Assembly: GCF_006345805.1 (NCBI RefSeq)
Contig: NC_043023.1
Location: 7,378,001-7,442,000, forward strand
Direction of reading: 5' to 3'
DNA: 64,000 bases
DNA from: Octopus sinensis
Lineage: Eukaryota
Shown here: one piece after another, positions 50,555 through 62,659 of the stretch
Numbering within the stretch: the stretch's first letter is position 1
Layout of the letters: every line of letters starts with the position of its first letter
Translations under genes and position numbers: made by a program
Notes under the pieces: model-generated
Database searches by the model: none
Seen by the model: only the letters and a program-made list of their open reading frames with translations
What the model was told of the DNA's origin: nothing

Positions 50555-50965
50555 AGGTGCAGGAGTGGCTGTGTGGTAAGTAGCTTGTTTACCAACCACA
50601 TGGTTCTGGGTTCAGTCCCACTGTGTGGCACCTTGGGCAAGTGTCTTCTACTATAGCCTCGGGCCGACCAAAGCCTTGTGAGTGGATTTGGTAGACAGAA
50701 ACTGAAAGAAGCCCGTCGTATATATGTATATATGTATATATATATGTATGTGTGTGTATGTTTGTGTGTCTGTGTTTGTCCCCCTTGCATTGCTTGACAA
50801 CCGATGCTTGTGTGTTTATGTCCCTGTCACTTAGCAGTTTGGCAAAAGAGACCGATAGAATAAGTACTGGGCTTACAAAGAATAAGTCCCGGGGTCGAGT
50901 TGCTCGATTAAAGGCGATGCTCCAGCACGGCCGCAGTCAAAAGGACTGAAACAAGTAAAAAGAGA
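50555..50965 (+). mobile_element. SINE family A, full length with internal microsatellite
   Basis: tRNA-like head, CORE-like CCTTGGGCAAG, internal (TA/TG)n, LINE-like 3' tail. Confidence 0.88.
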
Positions 50966-51096
50966 AAAAGGGAAAGAGAATATATATATACATATATAAA
51001 CATATAGGGATAGTTTACGAAAAAAACAAAATATGAAGACAGGAGGTGTACAAAACAAACAGATGTATTAGTATAACGCTCAGGAATAGAAAAAGT

Positions 51097-51132
51097 CTTT
51101 TACGTTTCGAGCCTACGCTCTTCTACAGAAAG
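51097..51132 (-). ncRNA. Minimal hammerhead motif with A6U substitution
   Basis: CTTT-CTGTAGA-A-GAGC[GTAG]GCTC-GAA-ACGT-A^AAAG; flanks resemble those of 48881-48915. Confidence 0.5.
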
Positions 51133-51192
51133 GGACAAGAAAAAACAAGGTGAGAAAAAAATGTGTGTAGTGGCTAACGATCTATCATGGCG

Positions 51193-51224
<32 letters not shown>

Positions 51225-51239
51225 AAATAAATGAAAGAT

Positions 51240-51545
51240 AAGGAAAGGAAAAACTGGAGGTGTAGACGAACTTTAATTCGTAATCCAGGTTAGTACAGAA
51301 CTAATGTACAATTCTACAAAGGCAAAACGAAAATCTCTTTGTATATTTTTGTTGGTCATAATTATTCATACCAATATGTAATTCCTGAAGAAGAATCTAA
51401 TTTGTATTTCATGAATAGTTTATCATTTTTGTCTTTGGAATTAATTAGACTCCAAACCAATTTGTAGAATGTATATTGATTCTGTACCAACTTGGATTAT
51501 GAATTAAAATTCGTCTACACTTACAACTTTTTTCTTTTCCTTATA
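51240..51545. mobile_element. Small inverted-repeat element (about 85-bp arms) containing a decayed hammerhead
   Basis: 51240-51320 is the reverse complement of about 51460-51543. Internal ATTC-CTGAAGA-A-GAATCTAATT...AATTAGACTC-CAA-ACCAATTTGT-A^GAAT (G12C). Confidence 0.6.
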
Positions 51546-51669
51546 TTTCATTTACTGTTTTTGCAATTACTGAATCTATATTTTTTATATATATCCTTTT
51601 CTTGGACTGTACCGGCAGAGTTGGATGTTTGATATCCTTTTGAAGGATATCAGTCTTCACTTCTCATAT

Positions 51670-52076
51670 AGGCGTAGGAGTGGCTGTGTGATAAGTAGCT
51701 TGCTTACTTACCACATGGTTCTGGGTTCAGTCCCACCGTGTGGCACCTTGGGCAAGTGTTTTTTACTATAGCCTCGGGCTGGCCAAAGCCTTGTGAGTGG
51801 ATTTGGTAGATGGAAACTAAAAGAAGCCTGTCGTATATATGTGTGTGTACATATATATATGTGTGTGTGTGTATATGTTTGTGTGTCTGTGTTTGTCTCC
51901 CCTATATCACTTGACAACCGATGCTGGTGTGTTTACGTCCCCGTAACTTAGCGGTTCAGCAAAGGAGACTGATAGAATAAGCACTAAGCTTACAAAGAAT
52001 AAGTCCTGGGGTCGATTTGCTTGACTAAAGGTGATGCTCCAGCATGGCCACAGTCAAATGACTGAAACTAAACGAG

Positions 52077-52080
<4 letters not shown>
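51670..52080 (+). mobile_element. SINE family A, full length
   Basis: Same structure as 50555-50965. Confidence 0.88.
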
Positions 52081-52135
<55 letters not shown>

Positions 52136-52466
52136 GTATGTATGCGTATATATATACAGATATACATACAGATGTATATATACACGTATGTGTGTGTATG
52201 TATGTATGTATGTATATGTGTGTGTGTATGTGTACATCTTTGTGTATGTTTTTATTTCCCACCACTATTTAACAACCGGTGTGTGTTTACTCCCATGACT
52301 TAGTAGTTCAACAAAAGAGACTGATAGAATACGTACCAAGCTCAAAAAAAAAGCAAACAAGCAAAAGAAGTATTGGGGTTGATTCGTTCAACTAAAATTA
52401 TTTATGGTAGTGCTCCAGCATGGTCACAGCCTAAGAACAGAAACAAAATAAAAGATGAAAGAGATA

Positions 52467-52868
52467 CTCTTTTACTTGTTTCAGTCATATGACTGCGGCC
52501 ATGCTGGAGCACCGCCTTTAGTCGAGTAAATCAACCCCGGGACTTATTCTTTGTAATAAGCCTAGTAATTATTCTATTGGTATCCTTTGCCAAACCGCTA
52601 AGTGACAGGGATGTAAACACACCAGCATCGGTTGTCAAGCAATGCTAGGGGGACAAACACAGACACACAAACACACACACATACACATATATATACATAT
52701 ATACACACAGGCGTCTTTCAGTTTCCATCTACCAAATCCACTCACAAAGCCTTGGTTGGCCTGAGGCTATAGTAGAAAACACTTGTCCAAGATGCCACGC
52801 AGTGGGACTGAACCCGGAACCATGTGGTTGGTAAGCAAGCTACTTACCACATAGCCACTCCTGCACCT
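52467..52868 (-). mobile_element. SINE family A, full length
   Basis: Same structure, minus strand. Confidence 0.88.
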
Positions 52869-52873
52869 ATATA

Positions 52874-53290
52874 CTCTTTACTCTTTACTCTTTTACTCTT
52901 TTACTTGTTTCAGTCATTTGACTGCGGCCATGCTGGAGCACCGCCTTTAGTCGAGCAAATCGACCCCGGGACTTATTCTTTGTAAGCCCAGTACTTATTC
53001 TATCGGTCTCATTTTTGCCGAACCGCTAAGTGACGGGGGCGTAAACACACCAGCATCGGTTGTCAAGCAATGCTAGGGGGACAAACACAGACACACAAAC
53101 ACACACACATATATATATATACATATATACGACAGGCTTCTTTCAGTTTCCGTCTACCATCCACTCACAAGGCATTGGTCGGCCGGGGCCATAGCAGAAG
53201 ACACTTGCCCAAGATGCCACGCAGTGGAACTGAACCCGGAACCATGTGGTTGGTTAGCAAGCTACTTACCACACAGCCACTCCTGCGCCT
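52874..53290 (-). mobile_element. SINE family A, full length
   Basis: Same structure, minus strand, with a (AAAGAGT)n-like tail. Confidence 0.88.
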
Positions 53291-53589
53291 ATATGTAGAT
53301 ATATTATTCTAAATTTGATTGATGTTTTTCTGTCCATTACATTTTTATGTTCATTAACTCCTCCTAGACCATTGGTGCAAGGACAACGAAACTCAAACCA
53401 GTAACTCCCCTAATCGCAGGAAATGTCCTTATAGGGTCTATTTTTTTTAAGGGCCATCTAATTGGGGCCCCACATTTTACACTAAATACTTGGCATTGGC
53501 GACTAAATCAGAGCAATGACAAGGAATTTCATACCATGAAATGACAAAAGATCAAAACCTCTGAGATGTGCTGTGATTGTGAAGACACT

Positions 53590-54130
53590 ACAAATGAAGT
53601 GAGCTCACGGCTAACAGGATGGCCTGCTGTGCCAACCTTGGATCGTAGAGTGACCCGCTGTTCTTGAGGAGACCTATTGAGTCAAGTACGCCAACATCAA
53701 CATCAAAATAAAAATCAAATGGAAATTGTAGTTGTGATACCCAGGGCCGTGGCAAGTAAAAAGCACCGTCCGAACATAGTTGTTGCCAGCGCCACCTGAC
53801 TGGCATCCGTGTCAGTGACACGTAAAAAGGACCAACAGATCATGGCCGTTTGCCAGTCTCCTCTGGCCCCCTGTGCCGGTGGCATGTAAAAAGCACCATC
53901 CGATCGTGGCCGTTTGCCAGCCTCATCTGGCACCTGTGCCAGTGGCACGTAAAAAGCACCCACTACACTCTCAGAATGGTTGGCATTAGGAAGGGCATCC
54001 AGCCGTAGAAACACTGCCAGATCAGACTGGAGCCTGGTGCAGCCTTCTGGCTTCCCAGACCCCAATCGAACCATCCAACCCATGCCAGCATGGAAAGCGG
54101 ACAATAAACGATGATGATGATGATGATGAA
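53590..54130 (+). mobile_element. 5'-truncated RTE 3' UTR (variant subfamily)
   Basis: Homologous to 40090-40557, including the subrepeats of about 60 bp and the (GAT)n tail. Confidence 0.82.
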
Positions 54131-54423
54131 CTCCCAGGGAGTATCGTAAGGAGGTTCAATTTCTGAAGGGCTGCTTAAATGGGGACCACTGACCCCACTA
54201 TTTTTACTGCATTTACTTCGCTCCTATGCTTATTGATTAAATTATGATCAGCATCAGTGCTTGGCACATCAAGATAAAGAGTTATGATAGGTATGTTTCA
54301 GGTGTGGTAGTGTGGATATTTAGATTTTGTAGTTTATGAAACTTATGTCTAATTTATATATATATATATACATATATACATATCTCTCCTCTCTCTCTCT
54401 CTCTATATATTATATATATATAC

Positions 54424-54470
<47 letters not shown>

Positions 54471-54618
54471 GCATGTATGTATGTATGTATGTATTTGTAT
54501 GTATGTATGTATGTATGTATGTATGTATGTGTATATAGATAATGGTTTCAGGCAAGGACACTTATGAAAGAGTAATAGCAAAATTAAAAAATGTGACCAT
54601 CCCCAAATATAACTATAT

Positions 54619-54663
<45 letters not shown>

Positions 54664-54732
54664 TATATATATATATATATTATTATATATATATATATAT
54701 ATATATGTTGTGTTGTGTGTGTGTGTGTTTGT

Positions 54733-55026
54733 GAGGCGCAGTGGTTAGGGCAGCGGACTCGCAGTCGCAGGATCGCGGTTTCGATTCCCAGATCGGGCGT
54801 TATGAGTATTTATTCACCGAAAACACCTAAAAGCTCCACGAGGCTCTGGCAGGGGGGGGGGTGATCCCTGCTGTACTCTTTCACCACTCTTTCTCTCTCT
54901 CTTCTGTTGGCCTGCTCGCTTAGCCAGCGGGGTGGCGTCATTCGAAGGCTAAAACAATGCGAACGCATTGTGACCAGCGATGTGTAATAACATCTGATGG
55001 TCTGGTCGGTCATGTGATCACGTGAT
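54733..55026 (+). mobile_element. tRNA-derived SINE family B
   Basis: GAGGCGCAGTGGTTAGGGCAGCGGACTCGC...GGTTTCGATTCCC (B-box-like)...CATGTGATCACGTGAT. Confidence 0.8.
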
Positions 55027-55154
55027 ATATATATATATACAGTTTATTTAAAAGCAGCAGAAATATAACAAAAGCCATTACTCAGAGTTTCACATTCCCG
55101 TTTATTTGTGAATAAAGGCTACCACTAACATGAAACCAATGGTAGCCTTAATTC

Positions 55155-55205
<51 letters not shown>

Positions 55206-55392
55206 CAGTTCATCTAATTGTATATATCTGTCGTTACCTTTCATAAAAAGCCTTTACTATTTTTTATCTCCAATGTGCATTTTCGCTTATTTTTCTTACT
55301 TTCCTCTTACATTTACACGTGTAGTTTCTATTTTCTTTTTGTAACATATTTCTATTATATATATATATATATATACATACACACACACATAT

Positions 55393-55441
<49 letters not shown>

Positions 55442-55478
55442 GATAGATAGATAGATAGATAGAGATAGATAGATAGAT

Positions 55479-55514
<36 letters not shown>

Positions 55515-55575
55515 ATAGATAGGCAGACAGATAGACAGACAGATTGATAGATAGATAAATAGATATATAGATAAA

Positions 55576-55607
<32 letters not shown>

Positions 55608-56079
55608 TAGATAGATATATAGAGAGATAGATAGATAGATAGATAGATAGATATGTATGTGTATGAATAGGTACATGTGTGTATATATATATGTGTGTGT
55701 ATGTGTGTATATGCATATGTGTGAGTAAGTACATTGGTTTTGAATCTCAGCGGGCAACAGAAAATGGTGAGTATGCTGGGAAGGGCATTGCTTCCATTTA
55801 CAATATTGACCACTCCAAAATATTCCATTCCTTTATGCTTGATGGACTTAATTCTCCTTCCCACTCCATTCTCAGTTACTAATTACTATTTGTCTTATCT
55901 TTATTCTTATCTTCATCTTTATTTCCTTTACTTATCTATTATATCTTTGTTTTTGCTATCTAAGCAACCAGGAAAACACATTTCTCATTTTGAAAATGGC
56001 TATTTAAAACTTGAAATTCATATCAGAGTCACCATTGTAAAAAAAAAAACATCTCTGCTCATTTTTTCAAATACACACA

Positions 56080-56122
<43 letters not shown>

Positions 56123-56173
56123 CATACATACATATGTATGTGTGTATATAAATATATATATATATAGAGAGAG

Positions 56174-56215
<42 letters not shown>

Positions 56216-56451
56216 AACTTACTTGGAAGAAGTTGCATGGCATTCAATCATATAATAATATAAATAATATATATATATATATATATACGTTTATATATTT
56301 GTTTTATGTATAATCGTGTGTTGAAACAGATGTTGTTGTATTTTGGAATGGTCATTTTGCCAGCTTAGCCAATAAAAACACACGCACTATATATTTGGTG
56401 TTACTTTGCTTCAACGTTATTTATTTTTTACATTAATCTTAATCTTATTTC

Positions 56452-56496
56452 GGCCAGAGTTCTTTCGTCACACTCCTGTGACCTCATCAGTGGTCC
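56452..56496 (-). ncRNA. Minimal type I hammerhead, intact core
   Basis: Reverse complement of 56999-57043. Confidence 0.75.
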
Positions 56497-56796
56497 TTTG
56501 CTTTCTTCTTTCTTATTTGTGTGTCTCTCCTTACAAACCTTCAGCCATATTGTATTTCTATTGTATATCTTCATTTGCGCATGCTTATATCTCTATGTGC
56601 ATCTATGTTTAGTTAGTGTGTGTATGTGGGGGGATGCCTGTAATATTTGTATCTTCTGTTTATATATGTTCATGTAATTTGTTTTTGTTTATTCTTATTT
56701 TGTTCATGTGTTTACATCCCTTTATTATTATCATTATTTTTATTATTATTATTATTATCATTATAATTTTTATGTATGTATAATAATAATGATGAA

Positions 56797-56833
<37 letters not shown>

Positions 56834-56998
56834 GTATATAGTTATTTACTTCCATTTGTTTATTTATCTGTGTATTTTATTTTATTATGCTTTTAGTTTT
56901 GTTTATATTGTATGAAGACACATACAATAGTAATACAAAATACAAAATGGCTGACTGTTAGTAAGGAGAGACACACAAATAAGAAAGAAGAAAGCAAA

Positions 56999-57043
56999 GG
57001 ACCACTGATGAGGTCACAGGAGTGTGACGAAAGAACTCTGGCC
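56999..57043 (+). ncRNA. Minimal type I hammerhead, intact core
   Basis: GGACCA-CTGATGA-G-GTCACA[GGAG]TGTGAC-GAAA-GAAC-TC^TGGCC; predicted cut after 57038. Confidence 0.75.
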
Positions 57044-57518
57044 GAAATAAGATTAAGATTAATGTAAAAAATAAATAACGTTGAAGCAAAGTAACACCAA
57101 ATATATAGTGCGTGTGTTTTTATTGGCTAAATTGGCAAAATGACCATTCTGAAATGCCCCTCCCCTTCACATCTTCACCATCTTCCTCCTCTCTCAATGC
57201 CAGTGTCACGTAACTGGCACTTGTGCCAGTGGCATGTAAATAGCATCTTTCAGTAGTTGGGCCTCATGGTGGAAGTGACAAGGGACCAAGACCTGTGGCA
57301 ATATACTGTGCTTGAGAAGATCTGTCAAACCAAGTGAGATCATGGTCATGGCTGTTGCCAGTGTTACATAACTGGTACCCATGCCGGTGGCATGTAAAAG
57401 CACCCACTACTCTCTTGGAGTGGTTGGCATTAGGAAGGGCATCCAGCTGGAGAAACACTGCCAAATCAGTTCGAAACTTGATGCAGCTCCCCAACTCATC
57501 AGTTTTCAGTCGAGCCAT

Positions 57519-57862
57519 TGTGAAGGTGCATGGTTCAGTGGTTAGAACGTCGAGCTTACGATCGTGAGGTTGTGAGTTCAATTCCCGGACCGGGCTGCAT
57601 GTTGTGTTCTTGAGCAAGACACTTTATTTCACGTTGCTCCAGTTCACTCAGCTGTAGAAATGAGTTGTGACATCACAGGTGCCAAGCTGTATCGGCCTTT
57701 GCCTTTCCCTGGGATAACATTGGTGATGTGGAGAGGGGAGGCTGGTATGCATGGGCGACTGCTGGTCTTCCATAAAAACAAACTTGCCCGGACTTGTGCC
57801 TGGGAGGGTAAATTTCTAAGGTGCAATCCCATGGTCTGTGTCGTAACCGAAGGGGGTCTCAG
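57519..57862 (+). mobile_element. tRNA-derived SINE (family C-type head, different tail) with 12-bp TSD
   Basis: TSD CAGTCGAGCCAT (57507-57518) / CAGTCAAGCCAT (57863-57874). Confidence 0.75.
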
Positions 57863-57907
57863 CAGTCAAGCCATCCAACCCATGCCAGCATGGAAAACAG
57901 ATGTTAA

Positions 57908-58371
57908 CCTTTTTGTTACCAACCAGGCCTTTGATCCTCTGGCTCTGAGTACAAATGTCTTGCTTTCATAAGTTTTGAATTAAAATCTTCCTCCAAACCT
58001 TAGTCACAATTTATGTTCCTAACACCAGCTTAATGATAACTAAGTTATTTTACTAAATTCTTTGTTATATTTAAAGTAATTGAAAGAAACACAGAGCATC
58101 TCAAAATAAATACAGTAACGAAAGGGTTGTGGAGGCACATGGTTTAGTGGTTAGGGTGTCAGCATCATGATCGGGCGACGCGTTGTGTTCTTGAGCAAAA
58201 CACTTCATTTCACATTGCTCCAGTCCACTCAGCTGGCAAAAATGAGTAACGCTGCGATGGACTGGCATCCCGTCCAGCTGAGGAACACATATGCCATTGA
58301 AACTGGGAAACCGGGCCCATGGGCCTGGCTAGGCTTGAAAAGAGCGCATTTATCTATTTTTAATGAAAGGG
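57908..58371. mobile_element. piggyBac-type MITE (TTAA target), itself interrupted by a SINE
   Basis: TTAA|CCTTTTTGTTAC ... GTAACGAAAGGG ... GAAAGGG|TTAA. Confidence 0.65.
58129..58364 (+). mobile_element. SINE family C with TSD
   Basis: TSD GAAAGGGTT at 58120-58128 and 58365-58373. Confidence 0.8.
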
Positions 58372-58643
58372 TTAAATGATGATGATAATGATGATATTAT
58401 AAATATTATTTTTGACACTCAAAGGAAGCTATAAAGTATACACAAGCAGTTAGCTCTGAATAAACTACACCTTATAGCAGAAACAACTGTAAGCTAATGG
58501 AGTACATTGCTTAATTTCCTCTTCCTTTGTCATTTATCCCCATTCCATATTACTTTCATGCACTTGGCACTTTGTTCTGAAGCATATGTGTACTGACTTC
58601 AAACACCAGGTTATTAGTATCACTCTGCCTAAGCAAAACACTA

Positions 58644-58693
<50 letters not shown>

Positions 58694-58774
58694 GTGTGTG
58701 TGTGTGCGTGTGTGTGTGTGTGTGCGTGTGGTGTGTGTGTGTGTAAGTGTTGGCTGAGCTGAGGGGTAAGAAAT

Positions 58775-58917
58775 TTGCTTTCCACCAAAATAGTCTATCT
58801 ATCTACCTATCTATCTATCTCTATCTGGCTATCTATCTATCTATCTATATATCTATCTATCTGTCTGTCTATCTATCTATCTGTCTGTCTGTCTGTCTAT
58901 CTATCTCTATTTATCTA

Positions 58918-58964
<47 letters not shown>

Positions 58965-59053
58965 CCCTCTCTATCTATCTATCTATCTACCTACCTATCT
59001 GTCTACCTATCTATCTATCTATCTACCTACCTATCTGTCTATCTATCTATCTA

Positions 59054-59089
<36 letters not shown>

Positions 59090-59093
59090 TCTG

Positions 59094-59144
<51 letters not shown>

Positions 59145-59210
59145 GTCTATCTATTTATCTAATGTCAGTCTATCTATCGATCAATCGATCTATCTGTCTA
59201 TCTATCTATG
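58775..59210. repeat. (TCTA)n/(TCTG)n microsatellite
   Basis: Direct inspection. Confidence 0.95.
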
Positions 59211-59733
59211 AATTTACTTACCTGTGTAACTATATATCTATTTCTCCCCCCCTCTCTCTAAGTCAATCAATCTATTGATCTATCGATACACACACACACC
59301 ACACACACACAAACATACAATGAGCGTTTTTGATACTTTTGCAGTAAATACAGACCTGTCAGAAAATTAAACCTAAGAGAATAGATGGCGACCCAGACTC
59401 TCTCTTCCATAGTACAATTGTTATCTAACGTATAATTCATATACAGACATGTGTGCGTGTGTGTGTGTGTGTGCGCGTGTGTGTGTGTGTGTTTTGCGTA
59501 TGCATCACACACATACGCACATACACATATTCATATATATATATATATATGATGTATATATATATATATGTATATAAATATATATGTATATCTATATATA
59601 TGTGTGAGTATGTATATATATGCATATACATATATAAATATACGCATATGAATACATATATACACAAGTAATATGTACATATTCATACTTATACCAGATT
59701 ATATATATTATATATGTATACTATAAATATTAT

Positions 59734-59774
<41 letters not shown>

Positions 59775-59813
59775 ACATATTTATATATATATAATATAAT
59801 ATGTATACATATT

Positions 59814-59867
<54 letters not shown>

Positions 59868-59868
59868 C

Positions 59869-59899
<31 letters not shown>

Positions 59900-60526
59900 C
59901 GCACATATATATGTATCCTCCATGGAGTCAACTACAAACGGTTATCAGCCATCTTTCTTTTTCCACGTCGTCCATTTTTCTAAGTGTCGTCGGCTCTTTG
60001 AAATTTCGTATTATCTCCATTACAAAATGGACCGTTAGAAAATCTATGCAGGGAATTTTTATCCTTCTGTTTTCATCGTGTCTGCTCAGCTATACGGCAA
60101 TAAACAGCCTCTAGTTTACTGCGTTTATGTTGGTATGTATATGTGTGTTTGTAACTGCCTTTTGTTTTCGTATATGTGCGCTACTGTAGATGTACACGTG
60201 TATGGGATTGTGTGTGTGTTTGTATTAGTATAGGTGTGTGTGTGTCTATGTCTGAATTTATGCATGTGTGTATGTGTATGTGTGTGTTTATGCATGCACA
60301 TGTTTGTGTTTGTGTGTCTGTGTGCATGCGTGTGTATACAGGTACGTATAAATATTTATATGCATGTATATGCACTTACATACAGATACATATATATATA
60401 TACATATATACATAATATATACAGATATATATATGTGTGTATAACATATATGTATATGCAATTACATATACATATATATATGGATATATAATATATACAT
60501 ATGTATATATATATATATATATATAC

Positions 60527-60568
<42 letters not shown>

Positions 60569-61988
60569 TATATATATACATATATATGCACATATATATA
60601 TACATATATATATGTATACGCACACACAACACACATATATATACATGCACGCATGCACACACACATATATATATATATGCAATATATATATGTGTCTATA
60701 TGTATATATATGCACACACAGCTATATGTATATAGGTGTGTGTGTCCTATCAATATATGTATGTATGTATGTTTGTACATATGTATGTAGCAGAGAAAGA
60801 GAGAAAGAAAGAAACGGAGACAAAACAACCTCAATGAGATTAACACTAGAGGACTTGAAATCACTTCTGATTTACATAGAGAAGATAGGACCAAACTACC
60901 ACTCTCATCAACTTTTCCATATTTCACCTTCAAAGACCATACAGCTAATTTCCACCTTAAGCCATCTATTACACCCATTAATCTAACTGAAACAGATTTA
61001 GATATTATTTGCAAACATATATTGAATAGAATTATCCCTGAGGTTATGAAGGTATCTCTTTTACCGCTTCAGAATTATACTCCAGAAGTCATTCACTGGT
61101 TCAAGTATATACTTAGTGCGAATTTTATAAAAATTATTCTGTTTTTATTTAAATTTGCTGCAGATATATCATTGAATGTCTGTCACATGGCTCTGTGGTT
61201 TAAAAAGCTTGCTTTGCAATGATGGTTTCAGGTTTAGTACTTCTACATGGAATCTTGGGCAAGTATTTTCTAGAATCATTCTAAGTTTCTTGTGATCAGA
61301 GTGCAAAAGAGAAACTTTCAGCACCTGCCCCCATGAGTAAAAATTCACGCTGGCAACTTGGTCATGTCCCTGTTTGAACTAGAGAACAATACAAACATAG
61401 CCTACACACTTTACCCATGACAACATCCCATGGAGAATAGCTCTTCTTTCCTTTTCCAAACTTAATATTATCATATTATCAAATTTCTATTACATGGTTG
61501 TGTGGTTTAAGTAGCTTGCTTTCCAACCATGCAGTTTTAAGTTTAGCCCTTCTACATGGAACCTTGGACAAGTGTTTTCTACTGTAACCTTAAACTGACC
61601 AGAGAATCATACTAAAACTTTCCCGTGATCAGGGTGCTTTTCAGAGTGCAAAAATTGAAAATTTCAACTACAATCCTTGAAGATGCAAATTCACTTTTAA
61701 ACATAGCGAAGTCCCTTTTTGAACTACAGAACAATGCACACACAACCTGCACACTTTTCGTATGACTAACATCCCATGGAGAATAGCTCTTCTTTCCTTC
61801 TCCAAAATATTTTTCCTTATATTTTGCAACCTCTGAAACAATCTAGACCTTATGTACCTCCAGTGCTAAAGAGGCTATGCAGTTCTGGTCAACATGTCTG
61901 GGAGTCGTCAATATTGTCCAATGATGATATTCAGCATGAAACCAATGGTAGGATATCCAGTAATATATTGCTTGGCTATATAAACAGT

Positions 61989-62385
61989 GTGGAGGTGCGT
62001 GGCTTAGTGGTTAGGGTGTCAGCATCATGATCATAAGATTGTGGTTTCGATTCCTGGACCGGGTGACGCGTTGTGTTCTTGAGCAAAACACTTCATTTCA
62101 CGTTGCTCCAGTCCACTCAGCTGGCAAAAATGAGTAACGCTGCGATGGACTGGCGTCCCGTCCAGCTGGGGAACACATACACCATAGAAACTGGGCCCAT
62201 GAGCCTGGCTAGGCTTTAAAAGGGCAATAAGTGGAGGCGAATGGCTTAGTAGTTAAGGTGTCAGCATCATGATCGTAAGATTGTGGGTTTCGATTCCTGG
62301 ATCGGGCGACGCGTTGTGTTCACATATGCCGCTGAAACCAGGAAACTGGGCCCATGAGCCTAGCTAGGCTTTAAAAAGGGCTCAT
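61989..62385 (+). mobile_element. Two tandem SINE family C copies (61989-62225; 62231-62385, internally deleted)
   Basis: GGAGGTGCGTGGCTTAGTGGTTAGG (A-box-like), GGTTTCGATTCC (B-box), tail GGGCCCATGAGCCTGGCTAGGCTTTAAAAGGG. Confidence 0.8.
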
Positions 62386-62659
62386 TGATTTTTATTATAT
62401 AAACAGTACAGGGTAGTTAGACCAAACTGGACACTTTTTATGTTTTCTTACCTTTTTTTAAGGAGCAGCTGGATGTATTGGGGAAGAGTCAACAGCATAG
62501 GAGAGCATAAACATCAATCCTTCAGAATTCAGATTTCTCTGTCAAATTTTATGCTTATTTATTCACATAGTTTTAAATTAATCATGCTTTATCCCAAAGC
62601 TTCTAGATCTTAATTATGTGACTCTTTTACTTGTTTCAGTCATATGACTGCGGCCATGG

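Larger units (their letters stand above)
56341..57154. mobile_element. ORF-less inverted pLTR doublet of the same PLE family as 2543-7744
   Basis: The left arm (56341-about 56890) matches the inverted pLTR; the right arm (about 56910-57154) matches the pLTR 3' part; both contain the hammerhead. Confidence 0.88.
57255..58400 (+). mobile_element. Old RTE 3' end split by nested insertions
   Basis: RTE pieces at 57255-57518, 57863-57907 and 58372-58400. Confidence 0.75.

Noticed and set aside
50555-62385. tRNA genes
   Set aside because: All tRNA-like sequences are SINE heads with A/B-box remnants, no acceptor stem, and continue into SINE bodies.
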